From Diplonema japonicum (Eukaryota > Protista > Euglenozoa: Diplonemea), in assembly GCA_964019335.1 (NCBI GenBank), contig OZ025666.1, forward strand, positions 372,001 through 436,000: a stretch of DNA of 64,000 nucleotides. Direction: 5' to 3'. The position numbers and the translations under genes are program-made. Below the pieces are notes generated by a model. It ran no database searches. It was not told where the DNA came from and worked only from the letters and a program-made list of their open reading frames with translations. Positions 48,463 through 61,900 of the stretch are shown in pieces; the first letter of the stretch is position 1, and every line of letters starts with the position of its first letter.

Positions 48463-50311
48463 ATGTCTTTACCAGTCTTAAGCACACACATTAGGACACG
48501 ACCAAAAATGACACACGAACTAACAAAGATGAAGCGCGAGGCGTGGTGGAAGCTTGTAGGCCACTCCGATGTCAAGAAAGCAACGAAGGTGTGCACCGCC
48601 ATGCAAAAGTAATATCATCACCTACAGGATGCATCCAACTCAGACCCATGGGGTCCATCAGTGGACCAACTCAAAGGGTTGGCAGAGGCGTGCTACATTT
48701 CCGATGACAGGGCAGAGGTGATGCACAACTTATGGAAAAGAATTGAGGACAAGGACCCAAAGAAATGGAGGAAAATCGCGAAGGCGCTTGTGTGCCTTGA
48801 GTACGTGATACTACATGGCCCTGAGGACGTGGTGCTCGAGGTGCGGAGTGGGCTCTTCAGGTTGAAGCCGCTGAAGAACTTCAAGTATGTCGACGACAAG
48901 GTGGACAATGGGGAGACGGTGCGCTACAAAGTGACAAACCTACTGGACCTTGTGCAGAACGATGACAAGATCAAGCAAGCACGCGAGCGTGCAAAGAGAA
49001 CGGCAACCCGCATCACCTCTAACTCCTCTGCTTCTCAGGTTGACCGTTCCTCCGCCTACTCCACCGAGCACAGTTCGCACAGCTCCCGCTCTCGCGACCC
49101 TTCCCCCACCCCTGCCACAGACGAAGAGTTGGCAAGAAAGCTCCAACGGGAGTTCAACAAAGAAGCCGGCCTCCCAGCAGGTTACAGACATCGTGCCGCC
49201 ACCTCCTCGGCTGTCCCAGGCGTCAATGTCGCTGAGCAGCACCGCCTCATGGACGAAATACGAACGAAGCACCAACAGCACCCACCACAAGCTCCCACGC
49301 AGCCTGTGCAGCCGGCACAGTCCTCGCTACCCGCACAACAGAGTGGGTATTCCAGCACCTCTGCCACCACCTCGACAGCGCCTGCAACCTGGTCGCTGGC
49401 ACCTCCATCGAGCACCTCTCAGGGGCAGAGGGTATCGCAGCCTCAGGTTCAGGTACAGCAACCTCAAGCGCAGGCACCAGTGCAGCAACCGCAGGCTGTG
49501 GACTTTTTCAGTCAACCTGTGCAACAGCAACAACAACAACAACAACCCCAACAACAGCAACAGCCGGCCCTGTTCGGTCAGCAGCCACAGCAACCTCAGC
49601 AACAGTTGTTGTTCGATCAGCAGCAGCAACCTCAGCAGTCCCCCTTCCAGCAACCTCCCCAACAGCAACCAGCATTTGACCCCTTCGCACCTGCTCCTGT
49701 GCAGCAGCAACAACAGCAGCCTTCTCAACCGCAGCAGGATTTCAACGATTTCTTTTCATCTCTGGGACAAGACTCGCCTCAGGCACAGGCGGGGTTTGCG
49801 GGTATGCAGCAGCAGCAGCAGCCTGTTGCTGAGCCTGCTCCGGTACCTGTTCAACCTGTGCAGATGCCTCCTGCGCCTGTGCAACCTGCACCTGTGCAAC
49901 CAGCACCTGTGCCTGTGCAAATGCCTGCAGTGACAGCGCCTGTGCAGCAGCAGCAGCCGCAACAAGAGTTGGACCCGACCTCCCCGGGGCCTGGGCTGAT
50001 TGAGAAGAAGTTCATGTCAGACTTGGACAGCTTCTTGACAGGAGGGCCAAAGAAAGGGCCTGGTGTGGCACCGCCAACGTTAGGACAGCTGCAGAGCGCG
50101 CAAGGGACTCAACAGCAGGCACCGCAGCAATGGCAGCAGGTATGGTTCTGAGATGCTGGGACAACCAACTTACAGCAACAGCAACAAGCCCCAATGGGCG
50201 TGCAAGGCTACTCGCAGGCCACTCCAGCTCAGGCTCAGGTGTGCTTCTGACTTACCCACCACCATACCACAGGGAACTAACCATGACCCCGCTTTGATGT
50301 TCCAAAGCTAG
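48463..50311 (+). CDS. Epsin/ENTH-domain protein; introns 48589-48627, 50140-50175, 50239-50272 (alternative start 48508)
   Basis: DASNSDPWGPS, LWKRI...WRKIAKALVCLEYVILHG and F.YVD after splicing. UIM-like DEELARKLQ and a Q/P-rich tail with DFF/DPF motifs. Confidence 0.9.
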
Positions 50312-51425
50312 AGCGGAAGAGGTCCTCTTTGGTGCCACGGAAAGCTCATGAATGGAGAATGTTCAAAAATAACAGAAACGAAACGGGGGTGTGAATTGAT
50401 GTGAATTGGGAAGAAAGTGGAAAGTAGGGGGGGGGGGGGGGGGGGAAAGAGGATAGAAGAATATTTGTGTCGATTATTTTTTTGGGTGATTTCCCCTTCT
50501 CCTCTTTTTTTTCTTTTTGGTTCTGAACAAAAAAAAAAATAAACAAATCGAAAATCGAAGAATTGTTTCTCCCATGCCACTTCTCTCCCTTTTCTTTCAA
50601 TTACTTTCTTTTTATATATTTTTTCTCCGGTTTTTCTTTCTTTTCACTTTTCGGAATCAAGTGCCCACATTAAAAACAAGGTACTTTGATAAAGCATACA
50701 AAAAAAAAAAAAAAAAAAAAAAAGAGATACAATTTCAATTTCTCAGAAGCACGTCAGATAGCAAGCCACGTGCAGCTGAAAAGATTAAGTTTTCCCTTCG
50801 TGGTTGTGTACCCAGCAATAGAGGCCTGAGTAAAGCTGTATCTTGTTGTTGGTGCTCTTGCTGGGGAAGAGATATTTTTTAACTTGCCGGCTTTTAACCT
50901 TCTTTTTTTTTTCTTCTTTCTCTTTCTACTTTCCTATTGGACGTGGCCGGCGAGCCTGTTCTAGGGAAAAAGTAGGAGGGGGGGGGGACAGTGTAGTAGC
51001 TGTTTTTTTTCTTTCTTCCAATTTTTCTGCTGACCTATTCCTGCCCCCCCCCCCCCCCCCCCCTTCAGTACCCTGCTCGATGAGAAACAAATTTCATAGA
51101 TCGCTCGTACGTCTTATCACCTTTACCCCCCAGCGTAGCTTTCTAAGAGAAGCAGCCGATGTCTTTTGCGTTAAACGAAGTCAGCCATCATCGGTAGCCT
51201 TTAGAGGCGCAAGTGCCGTGCTCGAAGAATGCTCCTTATTTACCATTTTTTTTTTGACCTTGGGAAGAATGTGAATACTTTTCTGGGTTTGGATTTGCCC
51301 TTAAGCATCGCCTTTTTTTTTTCCTACAGAAAATAAATCGAACATCCCCCCCTCCTTTTTTTTTCATCCCGATTTTCTTTTTCAGGTTTCCAAAAGAAGT
51401 ATAAAAAAAAGAAAAGAAGTGAAAA

Positions 51426-54400
51426 ATGAACAACAGGCGAGTGATGCTGTGCATGCTGGTGGCTGTCCTGGCGCTCTCTGCACGGGCTGATGAGAAGAGG
51501 GGCACGATCGAGGGTCCCGTGATCGGGATCGACCTTGGGACGACCTACTCCGTGGTGGGTGTGTGGCAGAACGGGCAGGTGGAGATCGTCCCGAACGAGA
51601 TGGGTAACCGTATCACCCCCTCCGTCGTCGCCTTCACTGAGACCGAGCGTCTCATCGGTGACGGTGCCAAGAACCAGATGTCCCAGAACCCCGACAACAC
51701 CATCTACACCGTGAAGCGTCTTATCGGCCGACTGTTCTCTGACAAGGTATGTTTGGGAAATGAAAGTACAGGGAAGAAAGAGGGGGAAGGGGAAAGGGAG
51801 GGGGGTGGCATGTATTTTTTTTTGGCTTTGTTGATTGAAACCTGTGATGAGAACAACGACATCAACACTCTCGTTCTTCTGATTTTAGTTATGAAGACAG
51901 ATGTTCCGTTCATGCTTCTGCAATGCTGAGGATATGCGAAACATAATGAATATAAAGATCTTTTCCCAAGTACCAGAAACACTCCACGGTTGCCCATCTT
52001 TTCCCTTGTGGGCACAGAAGGACAGAAGCATCCCATTCCTTCACGTTGTTTCCCAGTTAGTGAAAAGAAGCAGAAAGAGGGAGGCTGAGACTTCATAGGG
52101 TGTAACTTCATAACTTTCCTTCTGAATGATGAGAAACAAAATTCATAGATCTCGTTCGTCTGAGCAGACTTCCATTTTTTTGGAGGGTTGCGTGTGACTG
52201 ATAAGAATTTTCGGCCTTCAAGCTGACCTTATTTTTGCTGCCCCTCTCACTCTGTTGGCTGCAGGCCTTCACACCCTGTGATGAGAACAACGACATCAAC
52301 ACTCTCGTTCTTCTGATTTTAGTTATGAAGACAGATGTTCCGTTCATGCTTCTGCAATGCTGAGGATATGCGACATAAATAAAATAAAGTTCTTTTGATT
52401 TTTTCTCAAATACCAGAAACACTCCACGGTTGCCCTCTTCCCTTAAGTGGAGGTGATGACCACCAGACCCCTGGTTAGATGTTTTCCCCATGTGGGCACA
52501 GAAAGACAGAAGCATCCCATTCCTTCACGTTGTTTCCCAGTTAGTGAAAAGAAGCGGAAAGAGGGAGGCTGAGACACCCGCATTGGAGGGACAGCTGCAG
52601 CAGCATTCTGCAAACCTTCACCATTACCCCCCAGCGTAGCTTTTTGAAGTGTGCTGGAGGGCAAGTTTGGAAGGTGAGAGTGGAAGAGAAGCAGCTGAAG
52701 TCTTTTGTGTGGTGGTGAGGAGGGGCAAGAAAACCGACATGATGACCACATCATATCCACTAAAATTTTCTGATGAAGAGTCTTAAAATCTACAATGTCA
52801 TAGTTACTCTGATCTCTCTCCGTTTTTTCCCTTTGCTCACTTTTTCACAAGAATACCCCACCCCCCCGCATTTAAGGCAAGGGAATGAAGCATTTAGTCT
52901 TGTTTATCCCTAGTCATTGTGGGGCAGATGCACATCAAGACGGAAGATATAATACCAGAAACACTCCACGGTTGCCCTCTTCCCTTAAGTGGAGGTGATG
53001 ACCACCAGACCCCTGGTTAGATGTTTTCCCCTTGCGGGCACAGAAAGACAGAAGCATCCCATTCCTTCACGTTGTTTCCCAGTTAGTGAAAAGAAGCGGA
53101 AAGAGGGAGGCTGAGACACTTCGTGGGTGTAACTTCATAATTTCCCTTGATAATTTTCCTTCGGAATGATGAGAAACAAAATTCATAGATCTCGTTCGTC
53201 TGAGCAGACTTCCATTTTTTGGAGGGCTGCGTGTGACTGATAAGAATTTTCGGCCTTCAAGCTGACCTTATTTTTGCTGCCCTTCTCACTCTGTTGGCAG
53301 CAGGCCTTCACACCCTGTGATGAGAACAACGACATCAACACTCTCGTTCTTCTGATTTTAGTTATGAAGACAGATGTTCCGTTCATGCTTCTGCAATGCT
53401 GAGGATATGTGACAATGTTCTTATTCCAAATACCAGAAACACTCCACGGTTGCCCTCTTCCCTTAAGTGGAGGTGATGACCACCAGACCCCTGGTTAGAG
53501 TTTTTGTGAATGAGATATAATACCAGAAAGCCCTTTCCACCTTCACAGAAACCCAAAAGAAGGCTAGTCTGATGACAAACCATATTTTTATATTTCACCT
53601 CTGACGCTTTGAGGGGTCTGCCCGAAAGGGTGGGCTCAGTTTGAAAATACGAACTTTTCGTCACACTGACCATGCCATCTACCGTCGGGACCCACTCTTC
53701 CCTGTGATGATAATGCACTCCGTTTATCTTTGTAGGTTGGGACAACTGAGCACCTCGTGTGTTGAGGATGCTGCATTAGGATTTGTTAATCTAGAATAGA
53801 CTGAGAAGGAAGACTAAAAGAGAAAGCAACGAACAAGGTGGTCACAGCTAGTGGCAGCCCCAGCGACCCTCCATGGATCTGACCACCCGTTCCGACTCAC
53901 CCAGATAGAGCTACGCCTCATATTCTCTAAATATCTCCCATCAAAAGTAAAGTTTCGAAGAAGTGGTTGTTCCTTCCTTTTTTAAATGATGAAAATATAT
54001 ATTCTGTCAGTGCTGGCACCAGAGCAGAGCTGCGGAGGGGTAGCACCCTTTGTGACCATGAGCACATTTTTTATTATCCGCTGCTGAAATGAAAAGAAAG
54101 CTTACCCCACGAATACCTGGCAACAACAACCACAACCCACCCCCCCCGCATTTAAGGCAAGGGAATGAAGCATTTAGTCTTGTTTATCCCTAGTCATTGT
54201 GGGGCAGATATGGCTTCAGGAGGGCAGCAGCACAGCCGTGTGATGACCAACACGAGGCATTTGTCTGAACACCTTTTGCGACGATTATAAAAACGTATTC
54301 TACCTTAACTTATCGCTGACGTTTGTGTTGCTGTGCTTGGGCTGATTTCCCTTTTTTTTCCTCTCCTTTTTTTTTTTTTTATTTTGCACCTGTCCCACCG

Positions 54401-55085
54401 GGGTGCAATTCTGCTGGGCTGAACACCTCCATGTCCTTCATCAGCGGGAAACACCCCGCAGATCAGTACCTCTAGCACTCGAGGCTGTCCCCCCTTTCTC
54501 CAAGATGAAAGAAAAAGGATCTTAGTTTTTTGCAATACCACCAGAAACACTCCACGGTTGCCCTCTTCCCTTAAGTGGAGGTGATGACCACCAGACCCCT
54601 GGTTAGAGATCTTTGAGAAGGTCGATGTGGCGTGCATCGTGCATCGTCCCTCGCTATGCCTGCTGAGCGGACATGCCCAGGAGAGTACGTAAGGGGCGAG
54701 AGATGTGTGTGTGTGTGTGTGTGGTCCCTGCCACCAGACCCCTGGTCAGAGGTGAATGAGATATCGACAAGAGTCATCAGGAACTTGTGGCATGATGACA
54801 AACCATGTTTAGTGTAGTGCGCATCTGACACCCCTCTTGCAGGTGGTGGTTGAGAATACATACATCGGTCTAGACTCGTTTATCAACTGACCTTCCCACC
54901 TGCTTTCTTCTTTTTTGGTTCCCAGAGAAGTTCCAACAAGCTTCAGAGCCGCATGATGATCAGAGAATACAATCCAATGACTGCTGTTTCCATGAGAAGC
55001 CATCTTCGGTGACATAAATTGTTTCTTAAAAATTTCAAAAAACTGACAAAAACACCAGAACAAGAAAGAAACTTTGAAATTCTAG

Positions 55086-55154
<69 letters not shown>

Positions 55155-56887
55155 AACCCCACAGACCGTGCAAAGCGACAAGAAGCTGCTGTCCTACAAG
55201 ATTGTTCCAGGCTCGAACGGGCACCCGGATGTGAAGGTGCACTACAAGGGTGAGGACAGGCAGTACACTGCGGAGGAGGTCTCGTCGATGGTGTTGACGA
55301 AGATGAAGGGTATTGCCGAGGATTTCCTTGGGAAGGAGGTGAAGAACGCTGTGGTGACTGTGCCCGCCTACTTCAACGAGGCACAACGTCAGTCGACGAA
55401 GGACGCTGGTACGATCGCCGGTTTGAACGTGGTGCGCGTGATCAACGAGCCGACGGCTGCGGCCATTGCCTACGGGCTGGACAAGAGGGACGAGGGTGAG
55501 AAGAACATCCTCGTCTTCGACCTTGGTGGTGGTACCTTCGATGTGTCGCTCCTCCAGATCGACGACGGCTTCTTCGAGGTGATCGCCACCAATGGTGACA
55601 CCCACTTGGGTGGTGAGGACTTCGACAACAGGATGGTATGGTAAAGAAGAAAGAAAAGGAGGAAAAAAAAAAAAAAAAAAAACCCACCAATCCACACCAC
55701 AGGTGAAGCACTTCTTGAAGGTGATCCAGAAGAAGCACGGGAGGGACCTGTCGAAGAACCAGAGGGCCCTCGCCCGTTTGAGGAAGGCCTGTGAGTCGGC
55801 GAAGCGTCAGCTCTCCTCGCAGCCCGAGGCCCGTGTTGAGGTGGACGGGTTGGACGAGGGTCTGGACTTCTCGGAGAAGCTGAACCGTGCGAAGTTCGAG
55901 GAGCTGAACATGGACCTGTTCAAGGGTACCCTGAACCCCGTGAAGGCTGTGCTGGCGGACGGGAAGCTGAAGAAGGAGGAGGTGGACGAGATCGTGCTCG
56001 TGGGGGGGTCCACCCGTATCCCGAAGATCCAGAACCTCATCAAGGACTTCTTCAACGGGAAGGAGCCCAACAAGGGGATCAACCCTGACGAGTCTGTTGC
56101 CTACGGTGCGACGGTGCAGGGGGCCGTGATGAGCGGGGAGGTGAACGAGATCCTCGTGGCGGACGTGGTGTCCCTGTCGCTGGGGATCGAGACCGCTGGG
56201 GGGGTGATGACGAAGCTCGTGGAGCGAAACACGCGGATCCCGACGAAGAAGGCGCAGACCTTCTCGACGCACCAGGACAACCAGCCCGGTGTGAACATCC
56301 AGGTCTTCGAGGGGGAGCGTTCGATGACGAAGGACAACAGGCTTCTCGGGAAGTTCGAGCTGTCGGGGATCCCTCCCGCCCCCCGTGGTGTGCCGCAGAT
56401 CGAGGTGTCGTTCGAGGTTGACGCGAACGGGATCCTCACCGTGGGGGCGGAGGACAAGGCGAGCAACAACAAGGAGGCGATCACGATCGCGAACGACAAG
56501 GGGAGGCTCAGCGAGGAGGAGATCGCGAAGATGGTTCGCGAGGCCGAGGAGTTCCAGGAGGAGGACAAGAAGCTGAAGGAGAGGGTGGAGGCGAAGAACA
56601 CCCTTGAGTCGACCGCCTACAACCTGAAGAACCAGGTGAACGACGACGAGAAGCTCGGCGGGAAGCTCGACGAGGACGACAAGACGGCGATCGAGGAGGC
56701 GGTGAAGGAGGCTCTGGGTTGGCTGGACGAGAACCCGTCGGCCGACAAGGAGGAGTACGACGAGCAGCTCCAGAGCCTCCAGAGCATCACCAACCCCATC
56801 GTCTCCAAGGTCTACCAGCAGGGCGCCACTGAGGGCGGTGCTGGCGGCAGTGAGGACCAGGACATGGACGACTCTGACGAGCTCTGA
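51426..56887 (+). CDS. BiP: BiP/GRP78; exons 51426-51746, 55165-55635, 55703-56887
   Basis: Signal peptide, [34 protein letters not shown] and C-terminal SDEL. GTATG...CAG introns of 3418 and 67 bp restore the frame. Confidence 0.96.
51844..55046 (+). ncRNA. snoRNA cluster 3, inside BiP intron 1 (about 25 units)
   Basis: Contains the families seen in clusters 1 and 2, plus unique C/D RNAs at 53569-53669, 53704-53804 and 53986-54087. Confidence 0.88.
53704..53804 (+). ncRNA. Double-guide box C/D snoRNA
   Basis: GTGATGA. D' guide GTAGGTTGGGACA fits LSU UGUCCC.ACCUAC (yeast Cm2337 context). D guide CTAGAATAG fits the adjacent CUAU.CUAG (Um2347 context). Confidence 0.8.
55091..55150 (+). repeat. 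(CT)30 microsatellite / pyrimidine tract before the BiP intron 1 acceptor
   Basis: Direct read; lies 14 nt upstream of the exon 2 boundary. Confidence 0.95.
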
Positions 56888-57804
56888 GCGAGTCGCGGTT
56901 CTTTTTTTTAAACAAAAAAGTAGATGATGCTGAAAAACTCACCACAAAGAAAAAGTCCTCAAGGGGCTTTTTTGTCTTCTACTTTGAGTAACAATAACTA
57001 TTCTTTAAAAGAAAATACCCCCATTTTTGTTTTCACCCTCTTCTCTTCTTTTCTTTTTCAAGTAGAGTCATCGCAAGTCACCCCAATGAGCACGCGCGCA
57101 TCTCTCCGGATGGACAGATACACGCCCATTGGACGGACGCATGTAGAGCAGAACTCTACATCGTCTTTGGATCTCTGATTTTACAAGAAAGAAGCAACGA
57201 GGGAGGGGCAGAATTCTCATTATTTTTACCGATCTTCTCAGCCTTCCTTAACTTTCTTTTTCTTATTTATTTGTAACCCTCACGAGTCCCTCCAATAAGA
57301 CGCGCATCTCTCCGGATGGACAGATACACGACACTTGGCAGGACGCATGTAGAGCAGAACTCTACATCGTCTTTGGATCTGTGATTTTACAAAGAAAGAA
57401 GCAAAACGAAATAAAAGAAGGTGTAAGAAGAAAGATATTTTTACATAAGGACGATCATGATGCATATCTAGAACAGAGGGTTGCAGTGGTCTTTTATGCT
57501 TTTTTTTTTTTTTGTTTTAACAATATTATTGTCGAGACTAAAAACTAGTTGATGGCAGCGTAATGAGCTATTTTATTAGGTAAAATTCCGCTCGTGCACA
57601 CAAACAAATGAAGCGCCAAAGTAGTTTTTTCCTTTCACTCTCTCTCTCTCCCTCTTTTTTTTTCAGCTTATCGCTTTCCTCTCTTCAATTTACCCATGTC
57701 TCTTCTATCTTGTATTTATTGAAATGATTTTCATGCTCATTGCTTTTCACTTTTGTTCATGCTTCTACGCTGCTGAAGTTATGCGACACACGACATTTCC
57801 CAAA

Positions 57805-58848
57805 TACCACTCCACGGTTGCCCTCTTCCCTTAAGTGGAGGTGATGACCACCAGACCCCTGGTTAGAGGGTTCCCCCTTGTTGCAAAGAAGCCATTCTTC
57901 CCGTTGTTTCCCAGTTAAGAAGCGGAAAGAGGGCCGCTGATGGCAGTGAAGTGACCTTTGCGTCTTGCTCACTTGAGAACCAGATAACTTTCCTTCGGAA
58001 TGATGAGAAACAAAATTCATAGATCTCGTTCGTCTGAGCAGACTTCCATTTTTTTGGAGGGCTGCGTGTGACTGATAAGAATTTTCGGCCTTCAAGCTGA
58101 CCTTATTTTTGCTGCCCTTCTCACTCTGTTGGCTGCAGGCCTTCACACCCTGTGATGAGAACAACGACATCAACACTCTCGTTCTTCTGATTTTAGTTAT
58201 GAAGACAGATGTTCCGTTCATGCTTCTGCAATGCTGAGGATATGCGACATTAATAAAATGAAGTTCTTTTGATTTTTTTTTCCCAAATACCAGAAACACT
58301 CCACGGTTGCCCTCTTCCCTTAAGTGGAGGTGATGACCACCAGACCCCTGGTTAGAGGGTTCCCCCTTGTTGCAAAGAAGCCATTCTTCCCGTTGTTTCC
58401 CAGTTAAGAAGCGGAAAGAGGGCCGCTGATGGCAGTGAAGTGACCTTTGCGTCTTGCTCACTTGAGAACCAGATAACTTTCCTTCGGAATGATGAGAAAC
58501 AAAATTCATAGATCTCGTTCGTCTGAGCAGACTTCCATTTTTTTGGAGGGCTGCGTGTGACTGATAAGAATTTTCGGCCTTCAAGCTGACCTTATTTTTG
58601 CTGCCCTTCTCACTCTGTTGGCTGCAGGCCTTCACACCCTGTGATGAGAACAACGACATCAACACTCTCGTTCTTCTGATTTTAGTTATGAAGACAGATG
58701 TTCCGTTCATGCTTCTGCAATGCTGAGGATATGCGACATTAATAAAATGAAGTTCTTTTGATTTTTTTTTCCCAAATACCAGAAACACTCCACGGTTGCC
58801 CTCTTCCCTTAAGTGGAGGTGATGACCACCAGACCCCTGGTTAGAATT
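57805..58848 (+). ncRNA. snoRNA cluster 4: 489-bp tandem unit (about 2.1 copies) carrying families A, B, D
   Basis: GTGATGACCACCAGACC recurs at 57841, 58330 and 58819. Confidence 0.85.
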
Positions 58849-58972
58849 GGCAGTGAGTGAGAATGTGGGACATGTTGCAAACCGAGTCCTAAAATGGATC
58901 AACGTGACATGCATCCTCCGCGCCCCCGTTTTTATTACTAAAAAAAGGAGGGAAACAAAAAAGAGGGGGAAA

Positions 58973-61900
58973 ATGGGTGAAAGGGACAGAAGGAGACGGC
59001 GGGAAGAGAGGACTGGAGGAAGGAGGAGGAGAAGGGGGAGCAGCAGCGACGACGAAGACAGACCGAAGAAGAAGAGAGAGCGGGTTGCCGGCAAATCATC
59101 AGGATGGGATGTGGGTCCGGGGGTATGTCCCCCCTCAAGAAAAAGAAAATACAAAACAGGGCGCACCAATTGCATCGACAGCTCCTGGCGGGCAGCTGAT
59201 GATAGCAGGACCGCAGCCCACAATGCCGACCAGCGTTGATCCAAACGCCCGAAGGCTGTACGTGGGCAATGTAGTACCGCTGCTGAGCGATGAGATGCTG
59301 GCGAATTTCTTCAAAGTATGCGGGCTATGTTAAAGTCAAACCCCACCCCAGATGCACGCAATGGCGGGCCGTCAGAAAATCTACCAAAACAAAATCAAAA
59401 TCGCGCAAGAAATGATGTGCGACACCTCGACAGTGCCCCAGCCCAACGAGATGGTGAACCCCATCGTGGAGTGCAACGTGACAAGGTCGGAGGACCCTGC
59501 CAGGGCAGGGTTTGCATTCGTCGAACTAAACGACGAGGAGCTCACCACAGAGTGCCTGAGACTCGACGGGAAATGCGTCCCGCTCCCCGACGGCACCATG
59601 GTCACCCTCAAAGTCAGCAGGCCAAAGAACTATGTGGCCCCAGCTTCCACACCTCCTCCTATGCAAGCGCCGTCGATAGGTATTGTGGGGCAAAAAAGAA
59701 CAAAGGGCGATGTTTAAGGGCTAATCCCACTTGAGGACCACACTTAGGGGGGGTGGGGGTCTATCTCTTGATGCTTCCTTTTTGAAGCCTCGCTTTCGTT
59801 CCGATGGCGGGTACCAGGGTCTTTCGCAGACGGTTGATGCGGTCCTTCTTCAGGTTGGTCTTCAGCTCTTTTGGCCTGTCATGGGTTTCTCGTGAGGCGA
59901 AGATCGGTCTCCTTGCAAAGCCTATCGCTGCCTTCCCTCCTATTGTCATGAGGGACTTCACTCTCGTTTGCTCTTCGTCGGGAAAGGCCTCTTCCTTCCC
60001 TGCGTCGTGCACCTGTCGTTCACCTTTTCGATCAACTTCTTGATCCTTCGCCTTTTCCATCTGCGTCACTCCCAGCGATCTTCGTGTTGTCGCTTCAAAG
60101 TCTAGGGCCAACTCCACCTCCGACGTTGTGTCTCCTTCCACCCATCTTAGCTCCGACATCCATTTCAACAGCGACTCCGCGTACATTCCCACTTGTCGTC
60201 CCGAGCTGTTCCAACGGGTGTCAAGTCTTCACCCCCACCACTTCCCGTTCCCATGGAAGTTCTCCTCCAATATCTTCCACTTGGATCAGGTCCTCATCAC
60301 GCTTCGCTACTATCATCGCCAGGTACCTCTGCAATCTCTCCAGGTGTGCAAATCCGTACCCCTCGGCAAGATCCCGTGTAGTTCCAGGCAGAGAGGCCAA
60401 CCCGACCTGTCGCGAAGCGGTTCCAACCCGTCCCTCGCTAGCTCTTCCTGCGCAAGTGGGCATTCGTATAGCTGGTGCCGTAGCAGCGTCACTGTGTTCT
60501 GGTATATTGCCGTGCATATGTCGCATCTATAATTTTGAGGAAGCATTGTCTCTCCGGGTAGCCTCCCATCCTCTCTTTTCAAGTCATCCTTGTCCGGATC
60601 CTCTTCCTCACTTGCCGGGTCGAGTGGTACAGTTTTCGGTCCCGCACTGGCATGTGGGCTTATGTAGGGGTCTGCTCCTCTACGACCCTCCTCAACTGGT
60701 AGGCTACCACCGGAGCCTTCTCCTCCTTCCACAGCCTATTCGTTTCCGGGTCAGCCCCTGCCTCCAGCCCTCGTACCGTACTTCTTTCCTTCGTGAGGTC
60801 CCCGCATCGGGCCTTCCTCACAGTCTGGCCTCCCTGAAGACGTGTCCTCTTTCTGGCCATCCCGTGTTCTTGCAGTCCGTCAATCGGCCCCAGCTCCATC
60901 CGATGTACGGTAGCCACCTTTTCATCAGGTTCCCTACCGGTCCTCTCGGCGTCCCTCCTTCCATGTAGTGTCCCGCTATTTTCTCCAATCTCTGTCGCAG
61001 TCCTTCCTTTCCAAGCCCCGGATATCATTTTTAGGGACCAGTATGCCACGAATGAGGGGTCGTTGGTAACAATCGAAACGAACAAAAAAAAAAAAAAAAA
61101 AAAAACAGGCGTGACGCTTCCCGAAGACGCAAGAGGCAAGCTTGTGATGAGCGGGTTTCCCAACAACATGGGAGGCGACGAAATCAAAGAGCTGTTGCTC
61201 ACGTTCGGGGAACTGAAGAACTGTCAGATGATGACGGAAGCCGACGGGGCGAGCAAGGCGTGCTGCGTGTTCGAGTTCGCCGACGAGTCGCACAACGACA
61301 TGTGCATCAACGCGCTCAACGGTATCGACATGGCAGAAAACCACCTCAGCGTGCACAAGGTCGGTGCAGGCGCCCTTGTCCTCCACGCGGGAACCGGACC
61401 CGACGGGCAAAAAGAAGAGCCCGAACAGCTTTTACTCCAAAATTTGATAAACCTCGGCATGGGCCTCCACCAAGCACTGCAAGCATTGGGCGAATGCAGC
61501 TCATCGACTCTACGATCGACCGGCATCAGCAACACCGGGGCCATCACCGTCAAAAAACCGACGAAGATATTGGCGTTGCTTAACCTTTTCGATGAAGAGG
61601 ACCTTGAAGACCCTATCAATTTTGACAGCATCAAAGCAGAGATCGAACAGGAGGTCGAGAAGTACGGAAGAGTCGTGAGCCTGACGATCCCAAGAGACCA
61701 ACCGCATCCTCCAGTGTTGAGGGAGAAGCCTCCAAAGCCGACTCAACTGTTGGCACCGTCAACTGAACAACGGCTGGCCATAACAGGGCCGATGGGAGCT
61801 ACGGCTGCACCACCTGGGTACGCTCTCGATAGGAATTCAGGTGCGTTGATTCCCTTGAACAAGGTAGAGGAGGAAACACGGAAGATAGGAGAAGAGAACG

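Noticed and set aside
57757-59244. 495-aa minus-strand ORF with internal repeats
   Set aside because: It is an antisense read-through of the 489-bp snoRNA tandem and U2AF65 exon 1. The same sequence is frameshifted in other copies.
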